From the NCBI GenBank assembly GCA_904063045.1, contig CAJFCJ010000014.1, positions 496,001 to 560,000 of the forward strand: a stretch of 64,000 nucleotides of DNA. The letters run 5' to 3'. This stretch comes from Dimorphilus gyrociliatus. Lineage: Eukaryota > Animalia > Annelida. Below are positions 35,223-50,000 of the stretch, piece after piece. Position 1 is the stretch's first letter, and the number at the start of each line of letters is the position of its first letter. The translations under genes were made by a program, and so were the position numbers. Under the pieces are notes generated by a model. It had not been told where the DNA came from, did not search any database, and saw only the letters and a program-made list of their open reading frames with translations.

Positions 35223-38200
35223 ATGTTGTCTTCTTTTAAACTCTTCCTCCTCGTTGTTTCTACTATTCTGGAAATATCGGCTAGCACCAGAGGTAATAAT
35301 TTACTTAAAGTAATTAATCTTAATTGGTTGTTTATCAATAAAATAGTTTTATCTTCTTTTTTACATTGTATTTATACCTACGTAAATGTATAAACTATTA
35401 TAGCTACAGTCAGTATTTAACAGAATGTTTATTTGTAACAATTACAAATGACTCACCAAACATAGTAATGGAAGAACTCACTGAAAAAGGCAATCTTTAC
35501 GATTATTTAACTGATTAATAGTAGTGATTTTTTTTAACTTGTTCTTTTTTTTGTATGTTATTTCTATTCTTTCATAATTTATTCAATAGGGGACTTTCCA
35601 TATTACCACGGAGACTATAAAACTTTCGAACTGGTTCACCCTTTTGTTGAAAAATCGTCTGCCCAGGAAGTAAGTAAGAGCTTCTCTTGACTTACTAATT
35701 ACATAAAATAGGAGTATTTCAATTTAACCCCAACTTTATACACGTTAACCGTTAAGGCCTTAATATCTTAGGTCTTTTTGTTTCGCTCCTATCAGCTTCT
35801 TGTTTTTTTTTCATGAATAATTTCTTTCGTTTCAGGCACGATTACAGTTCAATGCCTTCAACAGCTCATTCGTAATAGATCTAATCATGTCACGAGTCAA
35901 CCTCACACAAAATCTTCCAGAGCACTGTGATCATTACGAATCGAAATCCCAAGTTTCTATGGCAACCGTTTCTTTCTGCTCCGGAACGATACATGCCTTT
36001 ATATTAGATAAAACTAACACTTATTCATTAATTCCATTGGATAACGAAAAGAATGAACATATTGTTTATAGGAAATCCGATTTAAAATATGAACCAATTT
36101 GTGGCAATCATCCAAAATCACCGAGTGGAAATCGTGATGAAATTAACATGAAAAGACTCAAGCGTAGCATCTTACAGAGTCGACCGTATGGAACACACAA
36201 GAAAACAAGATATATAGAACTCTTCCTCTCTCTTCATTACAAGATTGTAATTATTTTACATAAAAGCAAATACTTAACCTACTTTTCAGCTACTTTCAAC
36301 AAAAATAAAAAACTTCTTAATCCTTCTTCTTTTTTTTTTGCAGAGGAACAAATATACGAAAAACTCGATATTTGATAAAGAAAAGTTAGATAGAGATTTA
36401 TCAATTCTTATGATGAATATTAATAAATTATTTACCGGCATTGATATATTCATTGTTCTAACCGGTTACGAAGTTTGGAACAAGTACGAAATTAATGTTC
36501 TGTCCGATTCAGCTAAAACGCTTAAAAACTACTTATCCTACCGGAAAAGTCTTAATAAGAAACATTACAACGATATGGGATACTTTTTAACGTAAACGTC
36601 TCTTTCATAATGATTTTATACAATGTCTTTTGTCGAGGCTTTCATTCTTTTTCTCTATCCTTTAGCGATAAAGCTTTTGCTAATAACGTTGTCGGACGAG
36701 CTACCAAGAATACTATATGTTCGGATAGCAATTCCGGAGGCATTGCTTACTGGGGAGATCACCATCAAACGGCCTTGACAATAGCTCACGAAATAGGTCA
36801 CAATTTTGGAATGGAGCATGATGAAGATAACGAACAGTGCAAAACCAGCAAATCTATTATGGCGGCTAAAGCAGACTCGTAGGCCATTTTTCTCCTTGTT
36901 TATAACAGCATATAACAGTATACTGTATATATATATATCTAAACATACAAATGTATATACCTAATATAACGCATAAATGCGCTCTTTACATATACAAATA
37001 TCGTATAGATTAAAAGGAACATAAAGCAACTTACGTGCACAATTTCTCTTTTTCTCCCCCACAGATCAGATTCAATCGATAGCGCTAAATGGTCAAAGTG
37101 CTCGAGAGAGGAACTTGAAAATGCCTATTTTAGACGCTTTGATATCTGTCTGCATAACCTCCCAAAAGTAAATGCAATAAATCCCAAATGCGGTAATAGA
37201 ATTTTAGAGGATGGCGAAGAATGTGATTGCGGTACGGAAGAAGAATGCCTTAGTAAGTGCTGTCACGCATCTAACTGCACTTTAACGGCTGGCTCTCAAT
37301 GCTACAATGGAGAATGCTGCTCAGACTGCAAATTTCGTAAAGTTAGTACAATTTGCCGAGATAGTACAGGAGAATGCGATCTACCTGAAGCTTGCTCGGG
37401 AAAATCTCAATTTTGCCCAGAGGACGCCTTCAAGACAACTGGATATCCTTGTGCAGAGAATAGTAGTTTTTGCCATTTAGGAGAGTGCGTTCCTGATTTG
37501 AACGCTCAATGTAAGGCAATGTGGAGAGGCTCTACAAGTGACCCACAATGCTATGCTACTATAAGGATAGGGAAGGAATTGTGCGGTAAATTCGATTACG
37601 CTACAAAGAAATATGAGATTTGTAATAAAGAAAATTATCGTTGTTCGCCGCTTATGTGTCTTCATAATCAAGAGAGCTCTCTATTTCTAACTGATACATA
37701 TAGAAGAAGGAATTTTAAATATAGACATAACGGCAAGTTCTGTTCTCTACAACTATATGATGTCGGCAGACAAGCCAGAGATCCGGCATTAGTGCAGATC
37801 GGAACTTCTTGCGGTAATGGACGAGTCTGTGTTGATGATAAGTGCGTCAACGCCTCTCTTGTAGCCTCGTCATGTGGAAACTGTAGTGGAAAGGGTGTTT
37901 GCAATAATTTGAACCAGTGCCATTGTGATAAGGGATTTGCACCGCCTCTTTGTAACAAGCACGGAGGCGGCGGTAGTTTACATAGCAATTCGCTATACGC
38001 CTACGACGAAGAATCGACCAATGATAGGAAAACTACTATTATTGTTGTTGTAATAGTCATAATACTTTTCCTAGTTTTTATGGGTGTAGGGATTTTCTTT
38101 GCTGTAAATAGGGTATACTTTGATAAAGTTCAAAGAAATATTCCCTTTCTTAATTCTTGGAGGAGGAAATCACCCAGGCAGTGGACCCCGAATACTGCCA

Positions 38201-38454
38201 ACTCTTTCAGGGGTAAAACAATTAGTAATCCCGTTATGAGGAGATCTTCCAATAAGCAATTGCCCAACATTCCTCCTGTAAGACCACCACCTCCTGACTT
38301 TAAGAAGGCAGTGCCATCACCCACAGCAGCAACCCATACCTATCAAAATACTCAAGAAATCTCTGATAAGCCTGTTATATCTCCAAAGCCAGTTGTCTCA
38401 GCTTATACACTGCATTTAAGAAATGAGAATGAAAGCAAATTAACAGTTTGTTAA
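35223..38454 (+). CDS. ADAM metalloprotease-disintegrin (ADAM9/12/19-like), catalytically intact
   Basis: Signal peptide MLSSFKLFLLVVSTILEISA, cysteine switch PICGNH and furin site RLKR. Zinc motif AHEIGHNFGMEHD with Met-turn SIMA. Disintegrin CGNRILEDGEECDCG...CRDSTGECDLPE, then Cys-rich, EGF, TM (38030-38100) and a Pro-rich tail PPVRPPPP. Confidence 0.95.
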
Positions 38455-38702
38455 AAAAAGACAAAGAAAACTACGTAAAATTTTGATTGAAAAACAGAGT
38501 TTCCAGTATTCTTTTTTAAAAAACAAAAAGACATAAAAAAAGAATTTTACATTTTATATTATCTTTAATCTATTTAATTCTTTATTTTACAGTAAATTTT
38601 CGTGCAAAAAATACAAATTTCCCAGAATCTCTGTGCAAAAATTTAAAGAAAATCTCTTTATTCAGCATTTGTTTAATACTATGGGTATTGCATGACAACT
38701 CT

Positions 38703-41528
38703 TTACTCTCCTTCTTTCTCTCTCTGGATTTTCTTACCTCGCTTCTTCCTTCTAACCTTTGTTTTTTTTGTTAGGGTATCACTAGCTAAAGCCGCTGATA
38801 TAGACATTAAACTCTTCTTGGAACGGTCAACGGTAATGGAGTTTGTGAAAAAGGAAATTTGAGACGTCTCCAGCATAGAATGTCCAGTTCCGGCTCTTCT
38901 TGGGGTCGATTCCGATATTCTTGATAAGTTCATGGCCATGATTCTTCTATGTTCCTCAGCTAATTTTTTCTCTTCCGCCATTTTATATTTATGAAACTCT
39001 CGTTCCTTTATTAAGTGATCTCGAACACCGCTAATTAATCGCCTGAAACGAAAAGAAACCGACTTGTTTAGCCTGAGGAAATATCCTTATTATGTATCAG
39101 CTTAATAGACTGTAGGTTTGACTTACTGATAAGAAATACTGCCTTCTCTCGACGTGTCTAGCCTATTCATTACTCTTTGCATTTCATTGTCGTCCAACGG
39201 AACTTTTGCCCTCTGAATTATAATAGCTATTGTTATGAAGAGAAATAGAATTATTAGAGGAAAATGAAGTAGTTAACCTTTAACCCCATGATGAAATGAT
39301 CCCTAGAAACTCTATTAGCCATGTCCTTATCAAAAGTCTTGAAAAGATCATAAGGCCGAATAGCTCGTTCGCTCAAGAATTGTATCAACAACTTGAAGGG
39401 ATCCCCTCTTGTGACTAAACCGAGAAAAGAGTAAATCTAGCTACGAATAAGATAAAGAAGCAAAGATACTGTTTACCGATGCGTTTTCCTAGAATGTCCT
39501 CGCTATCTATTACTCCACCGTGCTCAACACGAAATTTTCTAGTTCTAGCAATTAATTCAGTAGTATAAAGAATCTTTTTGCTAATTGGAATACCCTGGAA
39601 AAAGGACAAACAAGAAATTTTTTAAAATCACAAAAGGGCAAACACTTTTTCCTATTTTTTTTCCAATAATCTTACCTCAAAAGATAAGAAACGAACTCCA
39701 CTGGACGGTTGTTTGACATTATCAATAATATCTAGGGAACCGGTCATCGTCAATGGGTTATTTCCCATCTATTGAATATAACATACAATGTATTTCCTAT
39801 CATGAGGGAGAGAGAGAGAAGACAGTTTCTCTCAAGCGTAGAAAAATTAGGTAAACATTTTGTCACCTTTAACGTTTCCAGGGCTGCATTTTCCCTTAAG
39901 CCTTTTGCAATTAATAAAGCTCCCTTCCAATCAATCCGATTATTGCTAATATCCAAATGACTTAGGTATTTGTTAAATTTTAATAATTCTCCTATAGCTA
40001 AGCTACCTTCATAACCTAAGCCATTCCACGAAATATCCAAATTGTTAACATACAAACTCATCTGTATTGATTTTTCAATAGTTTGTAAATAGATAAATAG
40101 ATAGACATTTAGTTAGCTTGTTTTCTATTAAACAATGAATTAAATGTACAAACTCTAACGCTGGATAATAGAGAAACAGCGGCCTTTCTTCTTATTTGAT
40201 TCCAGCTAACATTTAGATATTCTATTGAATTATTTTCGGACAACATTTCACCAATTCTTTCGGCTCCAATTTCACCGAAATTGTTCTTTGATAAATTTAG
40301 ACGCTTGATTTTATTATTTATCTAATTAATTATCGATTAATTAGTATAGAGAGGATAAATAGATATTATAACTATACCTCTAAACCTAACATTAGAACGT
40401 TAATATCTTGATCTGTTAATTTATTCTCTATAGGAAAAGAAAGGGACGAAAAATGAATGAAAGATTAGAATATAGAAGGTCAACTTTTTTGGCCTTAAAA
40501 GAAATCTTTTGGATGTATGCTAAACCAATCCCAAAGTAATTATTCAACGAAAAATTTATTAGCATCTATTTAAGCCTATACAAGGTTCTTTTTAAGGGAA
40601 AGTTAACATAGATCTAATCTCAGATTAGAATAATACAATTTCATATACAATCTATAATACGGTAGATTATCAATATGCTAATAGCTAAGTTTGCATAGTT
40701 ATTACCTGATAAATTTAAATCCGTAATACCATTATTAATTGCCAACATATCGGATAGAGCAAAAGATCCTTCGTATCCAGTAAGGTTAGACGAAAAATCC
40801 TATTAATTTGTATATAAGCAATATACATTATACAAGTATATATTTATTTACATACAAAATCCGTTACTACGTCATTAGCTTTCAGCATTTCGCTTATTAA
40901 AATTACAGATTCACCTTTAAGACCATTTGATCTTAGGTTTAATTTTTCAACTTTTGTATTATCCTTATTTAAAAAGGGATGAGAGGAAGATTTATACTTT
41001 TATTGTTTTACTGTAAAACTTCAATGAACTTACTTTTAAACTGGTACATAATGCTTTTACATCAGATAGATTTAAACTTCTAAACGCCAAATTCAATACT
41101 TCGCTATTCAAACAACTTATAATTCTTTTACTGGGTGCCGAATTTAATTGTTGGCAAGCCTCTACATATAATGTTCTTCCGATGTGTTTATCGTCTAGAG
41201 GAATTGGTGTTTCTCTTCCAAAATTCTCTTCTATTTTTTTTAGCATAAATAGAAGAATCGATAGACAATGAAAAGTTTTTCCTGTTTTTCCCTTACCGTC
41301 TATTTCTAGGTCGGTATCGAAATCTTCTTCAATATCTTCTTCGTCTACTTTCTCTAGTTGACGAACAATCTGTTTGGCGCAAGATTTACTGTTGAGCTGT
41401 TGAACGTACGGATCTTCCAATAGTTCAATCTTCTTATCATCGCCTATCGACTCAAGAAACTCTGAATCGTGCCAAACAGGACACGAATCTTTGCCTTTTC
41501 TATCCATAAGTAAACTATTGACGTTCAA
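38703..41528 (-). CDS. LRRC74: Leucine-rich repeat protein 74-like (RNI-type LRRs plus C-terminal EF-hand-like region); 5' end uncertain
   Basis: EEDFDTDLEID, LYVEACQQLNSAPS...LNLAFRSL, LDISWNGLGYEG, LDISNNRIDWKGA...LRENAALETLK, then PFKLLIQFLSERAIRPYDLFKTFDKD. Confidence 0.8.
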
Positions 41529-42285
41529 TCCTCGAATTGAAAATATTTTTCCCTTTAGAGGCGTTACTTTTAATATTCATTAAGTCGTTACTAAGGAATT
41601 CGTAAAAGATCTTAGCCTAGACGAGGCGTCGAGATGTTGAATAATTGAGTTGATTAGAAATTACTTTTTATACAAATGTTGAAATATCGCTGATCTAATA
41701 TTCTTGGTCGACAAATACGAAACAAAAAAGAATAAAACTGTATAGATATACAACATTGCCGGCTTTGTCTTTTGAATTTTTATTCAAAACAACATTAAAC
41801 AAGATATTTTCCAGCCTGATCCTCTTTTCTCCAGTACGAACTGTACCCTTATTTCCCTTAGGACTGTGTAATTTTCTTTAAATAATAATTAAAGAAATGA
41901 AGAACACGCTGGAGTTATTCTAGCTATTGAAAACGCAAGTCAAGAAGAAGGAAAAGGTAGTTTAAATTTGTATTCAAACAGTAGAAAAACATACTGTATT
42001 CATCTAAATAAACGTGAAAAGAAATCATCTTCTTTCTCCTTCTAAGGAATATTATAGTAAAAAATAAACGATGAAAAAAAATCTTCTGTTTCCTTTATAC
42101 AACAAACAATAAAAACTCTACTTTTTGTATGTTTTATGATAAAGCCAGAGGGAAAAAAATATCAAAATAGTTCTTACTCTTTAAGAAGAACAATACAATT
42201 TTATGGAACAACTGACGTTGTTTAGAGTTTTTCTTCTCTCTTCTATCAATTTTGATATGTAAAGTGACGAATTAGTATCTGTACA

Positions 42286-43568
42286 CTACCAATAAAATGA
42301 ATTGGATAGAAACGCTCCAACGCTTTTTACGAAACGCCATTTTCCGCCCTCGTCTCTATTTGCGTCTGTTCTTGCTACGTTATTTCCTTCATCCTTTATT
42401 GGGCTATGATCTTCAATAGGATAATCTGGCATTTCTTCTATACTTTCGGTTATTTCCGATTGCACAACAAGAGGCTTTATATATTCGTTCCCAAACTCAT
42501 CCTTGACAACTTGATCTGCTGCCATAGTCATCGTTTGCGTAATGGCAGCGGCTAATAGCTAAAAAGTAAATACATACATATAAGATTTTACACATATATA
42601 TATATATAATTAGGCACTATGCAAGTGCTATATGGAAGGCAATACAAAGTATTAAAATACGATTAATTTCGCTACATACTTCCGGTTTTAAATCTGCTCG
42701 AACTCGTAAAGTTGATCGTTTCCTTTCTAGATCGAATGTGATACTTATAACTCCTTTAACAGTAATAAGTCGGTCTCTGCATAAATCTTCATCGTACTTA
42801 ATAAAAGGAAAAAACAAATTATATTGTTTAAAAGTTAATATAATGAAATATTCTTAGAGTACCTTATCTCTCATTCCACGGATTTGTAAAATAATAGTCT
42901 TAGGTTTAGATACTCCAACAAAAAAGCTCCTTCTTCTACAGGTTTTTATCTTTTTTTCATTTTCAATTCTATTAGAGAATTCCAAGATTTTCATATTAAA
43001 ATATTAAATAAATGTTAATATCTTACAATTGGATTGTTTTTGATTCTTGAGCGTTTGACTCTCCACCTTTATTTAAATGGCAAAGAATTTCTTCGCTTAA
43101 CCTTTTAACCTCTGATGAGACGTGGTGCCTGTTTTTATTGTTTTTTTAACGTTAGGTATTTATACAGCATAGAGACAATGGAATCATTAGATAATAATAA
43201 ATTTACTTTAGTAGATGATTAAGGGTTTCCGTTAGACCATAAACAGACTTCAAAGCTTTACTACAATCTATCTTTTGGGAAAGTGTATGGAAAATCTTTA
43301 AAGGAAACAAAACAATTGTAAATGTTTTTTAATGCAATTTCAAGTTTTTAAATTTAATATTACTTTTAATGATGTTTGGACAATTTCGGTATCAGTATTA
43401 TTCATTAATAATACTAAACTTGTTAAACTAGTTGTATCCTGTAAAATAATACAAGGTTAGCATGGTTTTAACATACCAAAAAATATGAACCTCTAGTACG
43501 GCTACTGCGCCAACTGGGTCCTGGATCAGCTTTTCTATTGATTGTAAAGTTTCGAAAGTTTGCTCCAT
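42286..43568 (-). CDS. ARMC1: Armadillo repeat-containing protein 1 (ARM + HMA-like domain), multi-exon
   Basis: MEQTFETLQSIEKLIQDP...SLVLLMNNTDTEIVQTSL, FFVGVSKPKTIILQIRG, VKGVISITFDLERKRSTLRVRADLKPE and the diagnostic C-terminus FLSNSFYW*. Confidence 0.92.
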
Positions 43569-44012
43569 TTTATTTATTGAAGAATGTTTAAATACAAATT
43601 TAATTATTCATTCGCATTAGTTTCATTGATTTTTTCGTCCGATTTAATGATGATTTACCACATCTAGTACGTCCAATCTTTCAAAACTCATAACAAGTTT
43701 AAGGACTCTTCACTGATTGGTTGAAGCAGACGATATAATAGATTCGCGCAGATATTTTAACTAAATGCTCATTGGTTCACTTTTCATTTAAAATAATTAC
43801 TATTATAGTACAATTTTACAAATAATATTTATTGATAAAGACATTTACATAAATAAAATTTTTAAATATCTTTAAAATTATACAGTCCTTCTTTTCAAAA
43901 AAATTTAATTTAACTGCAAAATTTCTTATGGAATTTCAGCACAAACAAAAGCAACAAAGCTATAAGTAACGAGATTTATAATTGGTTATTTTGTTCAAAA
44001 ATAAGTTTTCTA

Positions 44013-46694
44013 TTAATGTTGTTCTTTTAAGGAGGGATTAGGTTGCTGTAAGATATTTTAAATATAAGAAATTATTTAGTTTACATTTTATATAATACTA
44101 TACTTACTTCCATATGCTGAACGTCAGGTGCTTTTTTGTCGCCTTCTAAATGATCTGCAGGCTTGGGTACAGCTGATGGATCAACAGGCACCTGTATTTT
44201 ATGCAATGAAAGAAAAGAATTATTAGAAATTAACTATTACCAAAAAAAATAATAAAAAAAGCATACATGAACTTCGCCAGGTTGAGCGTGACCTTCAAAT
44301 TTTTCTTTTCTCTTCTCTTCGAACTCTTTCATAAAATCCTGTAGTTCGTCTTCGGAGAATGGTTTTTCTTCGTCCAATGTCTAAAAAGATATGTATATAT
44401 GTGTTTACTGTTTGTAGACTCTTATTAAGAAAACTTTCTTACATTCCATCCTTCGTCCTTTTTATATTCATCTTTCTTTGTACCTTCAATAAATTCATTG
44501 TAAGAGAGCATTGCATCTTTATCCTTATCCATTTCGTTCATTACGTGTTCTCTCATTCTATTCATTTCCTCGAATCGTTCAATCATGTCGTCTTCAGGCT
44601 GATCGGCATTGTAAACCTTATCCAATTCTCTTTGGAAGAGTGCTTCAATTTCTTCTTCATCCAAATAACCATCGCTATTTTTATCTAGTTGATAATAGTA
44701 ATAAATAGATATAATAAGAGAATTGAAGAGTTATATACTGTATATTTATACTACGTACCATGTAAATTGAAGAAAGTTTTTGGATCAAAATCTCCTTTGT
44801 CGAGGCCATCTTCTTTTTCCCATACTTCTTCTAATTGATCTTTACTTCCCTAAAAAACGTAAAAAGAGAAACAATTCTATAGTAGATTACCAGTGATTGA
44901 AATATGATATTAAAAGGGGAATTAAGTAAAAAGAAATATTAGAAAATAATTCCTACGGGATGATGTAACTTTGGATGATCTTTATGCTTCTTTTGCAATT
45001 CTTCAAAAGCTTTCTCTTCCTCCTTACGTTTATTTTCGTCGAGATTCTTCAATTTCTCCCTTCGAATAGTTTCTTTTTCTAGTTCATAATTTTTGAATTC
45101 CTCCCGTCTCTTCTTATCGATAGTAGACAAATCAGAAGTTGCCTATATATGAATAATTAAATATAAAAGATAATATTTACTATAGAAGCTTTTATTTGAA
45201 TTTAAATTCTATTTTAGAAAATATATCCACCTTTTTAATTAATCGTCTTAAATCATCCTCTTCAAAAGAAGTTGGATTACTATGATCCAAATGTTCGACA
45301 AGGTCGATTAGTTTTTCTCTATATCTCTTTACATCGCGTTCTAAACAAAAATAAAGTATAGAATAGCTATACAATTAAACAAAAATTACTAATTAATATT
45401 AAATTCCTTACGATTTATATTCTTTTTGAGTAGTTTAGCAATAATTTTTAGTCTTTCAATCTCTTGCCTCTTTAATTCATCTAATTTTGAACGTACTCCT
45501 TTTGACACTAATTCCAGATGTTGCGCTACGTCACCAGCCTACGTATTGTAAAAAAAAATAAAAGAAATCAATTATATTATTCTAAAAAACTTGTGCTAAA
45601 TATTAAGCAATAGAGAATAACTTAGAGCACGGCATAAACATCTGAAAGATATCTATATATAGATTCTTTTACGAAAGAAGAAATTTTTCTCTCTTTTTCA
45701 GCAGATTAAGCGAAAAAAAAATCGATTTTAAAGGATTTTTGTCTTAATGTTTATTTTCTATTTTAAGGTTTTTTTCTCTTTCTTTCCTTCCTTCCTTCTT
45801 TCTTTCTTTCTCTCTCTCTCACTCACTCTCTATAATTTCTTTCATTTTTATTTTTGATCTATTTCTTTACCTCTTTACCAATATCTTTTACTTTTGATAG
45901 ACGTTCGTTAAATGGTTTATCACTCATGAGAACGTTAAATACGTCTTGTAAATAGGAATTATAGATCAAAAATTTCTCTTGGTGCTGTTTTAATTTGTTG
46001 TTTTTGTTGTTGTTGTAGTGTTTTTTAATATATAAAAGATACGAATATGGCGTTAATAATTATATTAGTGTAAACAATATATTAATAAAATTGCAGTTAT
46101 ATTAGTACATAATATTTATAAAAAAAATGGCCAACTAACCTCAATTTCTGTACTATTCATTCCTTCCAACTTTTTTCGGAAAATTTCATCACTTTCCAAA
46201 ATATTAACTACTTCTTTTAGATAACGCTCATATTCTAATCCCATCTGTGTTTAAGAAATATAGGTTAATTGAATTTTTTACTACTTATTAACTATTAACT
46301 AAAATATTCCATAACCAAAAATAATATATTCAATATCGTCTGTTAACCTTTAACCCATAGTTTATATACACTAAATATACCTTACCGAAGAATTTTTTTT
46401 ATCATAGTTGAGTAATTTCTAAATAATTAGTATCAATTAATCTTTCATTGTTCTGAATTTAAATTACTTTTATATAGCTTTAACTTTATATATACATATG
46501 TTTATAATTTATAGCATTATTACATTGGTACTTAATTTTTTTACTTATTAAAATTAAGTTTATAAATTTCTCTTATTTTTTTTCCTTACCGATGGGTCTT
46601 CTTCCTCCTCTGCCTTCTTTTTGTCAGGTTGAACAGGAGGTCCAACAATGACGTCAATTGTACAAACTAATATCAGAACAAAAACTATCTTCAT
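44013..46694 (-). CDS. NUCB2: Nucleobindin (NUCB1/2 family) secreted EF-hand protein; last exon inferred
   Basis: Signal peptide MKIVFVLILVCTIDVIVGPPV, DELKRQEIERL, HLDHSNPTSFEEDDLRRLI, KRREEFKNYELEKE, KHKDHPKLHHP. EF loops are DKNSDGYLDEEE and DKDKDAMLSYNE. Confidence 0.9.
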
Positions 46695-47068
46695 CTGTTT
46701 AAAAAGAGTAAACATATGTGAAAAATTGTCTTTTTTTTTACTTTCAATAAATAGTCATTAAAAATAAATTATAGCATCAAATTTTTATTCATATGGTAAA
46801 ATAAAAGCAAGTACATTTTTCTCCGCGCCAAACTTCCTTAACAAGTCTTTATTTTGAATTTACAAATAGATCTAATCTACGTGTCTGCTGATCGTGAACC
46901 GAAAACGGAAGTATACGTTTACTATGCCTCGTTTTAAATATACGAAAAACATTCGAGACTTTACCAGTTTTGAATCGATCGATTGCTGAGAGCTAAACAA
47001 ATTGCTATTTGGTGCTAAAATTGCAGAACAGTTTTTAAACTTTAAAGAAATTTTCGCCATTTACAATT
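46695..47068. promoter_or_regulatory. Putative bidirectional promoter (nucleobindin / UBE4B)
   Basis: Divergent ATGs 374 bp apart, with an E2F-like CGCGCCAAA at ~46824-46832. Confidence 0.5.
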
Positions 47069-50000
47069 ATGAGTGAATTGACACCAGATGAAGTTAATAT
47101 TTTTTTTATCTTAGCGATATTTAAACTTTGTTTTGATAATATTTGCATTCATTATCGCTCATGGTGACTTACATTTCTTAGATTCGTCGTCGACGCCTTG
47201 CTAAATTGGCAAGTACATCATCTCAACCACAGGCGGATACACAAGGCAATACTTTAGACTCAGTAGAAAGTACGCCAAAATTGGCAAAAATTACGTCCGA
47301 ACCCATGGTTGTTGACGAAGAATCGACCTCAAAATGTCAATATGAGTAAGTTATTGACTAATTTTTATTCTTATAACCAAGCTTAATAATCTTCCCCTTA
47401 AAGTGACTCTCAAATGCAAATTGACCAAACACAAGAAACGGTGGAGATGGAAACAGTCGAAGAAGCAATCGACGAGCCATCTGATAATCGCAATAAAGTT
47501 TATGATATTCTAAAACTAGCATTCAATGTCTGTACTGAAGAAAACGAAAAAGAAAAGTACGTTTACTTACCAGAGACCAGTAAACGTTTAAAAGAAATGG
47601 ATTTTCCAAATTTTGACGAAATCTTTTGTGAAAGTATTGTGGAAGCAACGAATTTAATAATTCGATGTAATGCATTCGCGAAATGGTGTTCTCCAATGTA
47701 AAATCTATTTTATATATATACATATTCTTTATATATAAATAATGTTCTTTTCTCGTCAAAAGGATGAAAAATATCCGTCAAGAGAAATCAAATTTTGAAC
47801 TTTCTATCCTATGTTATTTATTAAAATCTTATTCCGAGATTCAAAAACAGGACAGGAAACGGGTAAGTTGCACAGTAAAGCTAATATCTATATTATTTAT
47901 TTACTCACTTCGTTTCGGTGATAAAAATTTCTTTTTCAGAAAAATCAGGGAGTATCAGAGATAATTGAAGCTGCAAAAAGGCAATGCGTACTCAGCGCTT
48001 CGCTTTTAATAAAAGGAGGAATTGTAACTCCTAAAAAGTAAGGTTATTTCTATAATATATATATTTATGAAACTACTCTATAATTAATATAATATTAATA
48101 TTGATAATTGTAATATTTATTAACAGGTACTTGGCGGAAAAATGTCCCCTTTGTACATTTCTGTTGACTGATGAATTTCATACTGATTTCTTAACGCAAC
48201 TTGCTCATCTGACCTTTCCGGATAAAGAAACATTTTCCGTCATATTTTCTCGTCTAATACAGGTAAAACATAGAATTATATCTTTTGATTCATATGTTCT
48301 TATATGGAAAATGAAACGCTCCTTATAGACTTTAAGAGCAGCAATGATCAATGTATCTGTTAAAGATGACAATTATGTGAGACCTTTATTCGTTTTAAGA
48401 AGTTTGTGCGAGATTAAAATTGGAAATGATAGACCAATCTGCTCATTGGTATGGTAATTTTATTGTTTGTTTGTTTTTTTCTATTTTTGTTTTTCTTCAT
48501 AATTTTTAAAGATTACAAGACAAGAGAATTTTTCTCCTGAGGTCTATAATAAGAAAGCCATAGGAAGAGAACTTCAAAATTTAAGTACCCTGGGACCCTT
48601 TTTTGCTTTTTCGGTTTTTGCCGAAGATGGGGACGAATCTATTATCGAAGAATATTTCTCCTCTCCTAGCGATATAACTAACTTTAAAATTGTTTCAACA
48701 AACTTAAGTCAAAGATTAGATTTTGGCCGACAAATTCTGATTGATATCATTAATTATTTACTCCGTAATGCAGAATCAAAAGAAATGATTATTTCTTTTC
48801 TTAGTCGACTTTTGTATGAAAATTCAAAGCATTACGGAATACGTCCTGTTGAATCAGAAATATCCGGACAAGGATTAATGTTGAACCTTCTATTCGTATT
48901 TCAAAAATTATCAATTGGAAAGATAAAATTCGAAAAGGTTGACACAACTTATATTTTGAACAAAAATTGTAAACTGGATTTAAGAGATGTATCAAGGATA
49001 AAAATGTCTCCAGAAGAATTAAGGAAATTAAAATCGTCCAAATCTTTTGATAATCAACCAAAGTTTGTCACAGAGTGTTTTTATATGACTATTGTTGCTC
49101 ATCATCTTTCCCTTCTACCGCTATGGAATAAGCAGAAAAGGAGAGAAAGGGCTATTAAAGAACTTACTAAAGCGGTGAATGAAATAAAAAGGGTTGAACC
49201 AAAATGGAAAAATACCCATGCCGAAAGGCAAACTAGAAAACAACTTAAAAAATTAGAATCCCAGTGCGATAGGTAAGATTAGTAATAATAATTGAATTGC
49301 CTTTATTATAGCAATAGATAGCATGTTTATCTATTCTTTTTCTTTCAAGGTTAAAAAAAGCTCATTTATGCGCCAATACCGCATTAACTAATAGTAAACA
49401 ACTAAATGATTCTGTGCAGTTTTATAATCAAGTTTCGAGCTTTCTCTCTTTTCTAATATCTGGTCATTTTGATGTAAACCTTGCAAAACTTCCTTTACCG
49501 GAGGAGGTACCAGAATTATTTGGAGCTCTACCTGATTATTTTGTTGAGGATATTGCTGATTTCTTTTTGCTCCTGATTCAACACCAACCAGATGTGATTC
49601 TTGATAATCTTTTTGAAACAAAAAATGTGCTCAATTTCTTCCTAGTAGTCATTTGCTCCCAGAGCTACTTTTCTAATCCGTACATTATTGCGAAATTGAT
49701 CGAAGTATTCTTTTGCATTCAGGGAGTTGTACAACCAAAAACTGCAGAACTTGGTGATTATATTTTACATTATCCCTTAACATCTTCTCATCTTTTATCA
49801 AATTTGATGAAATTTTATTGCGATTGCGAACAAACCGGAGCAAGTTCGGAATTTTATGACAAATTCTCCATACGTTATCACATTCAAACACTCTTCAAAC
49901 GTATGTGGGAAATACCTTCTCAAAGACAGACATTTATCACGGAAGCTCAACAGGGAAAACAATTTGTAAGATTTATTAATATGCTGATGAACGATACAAC

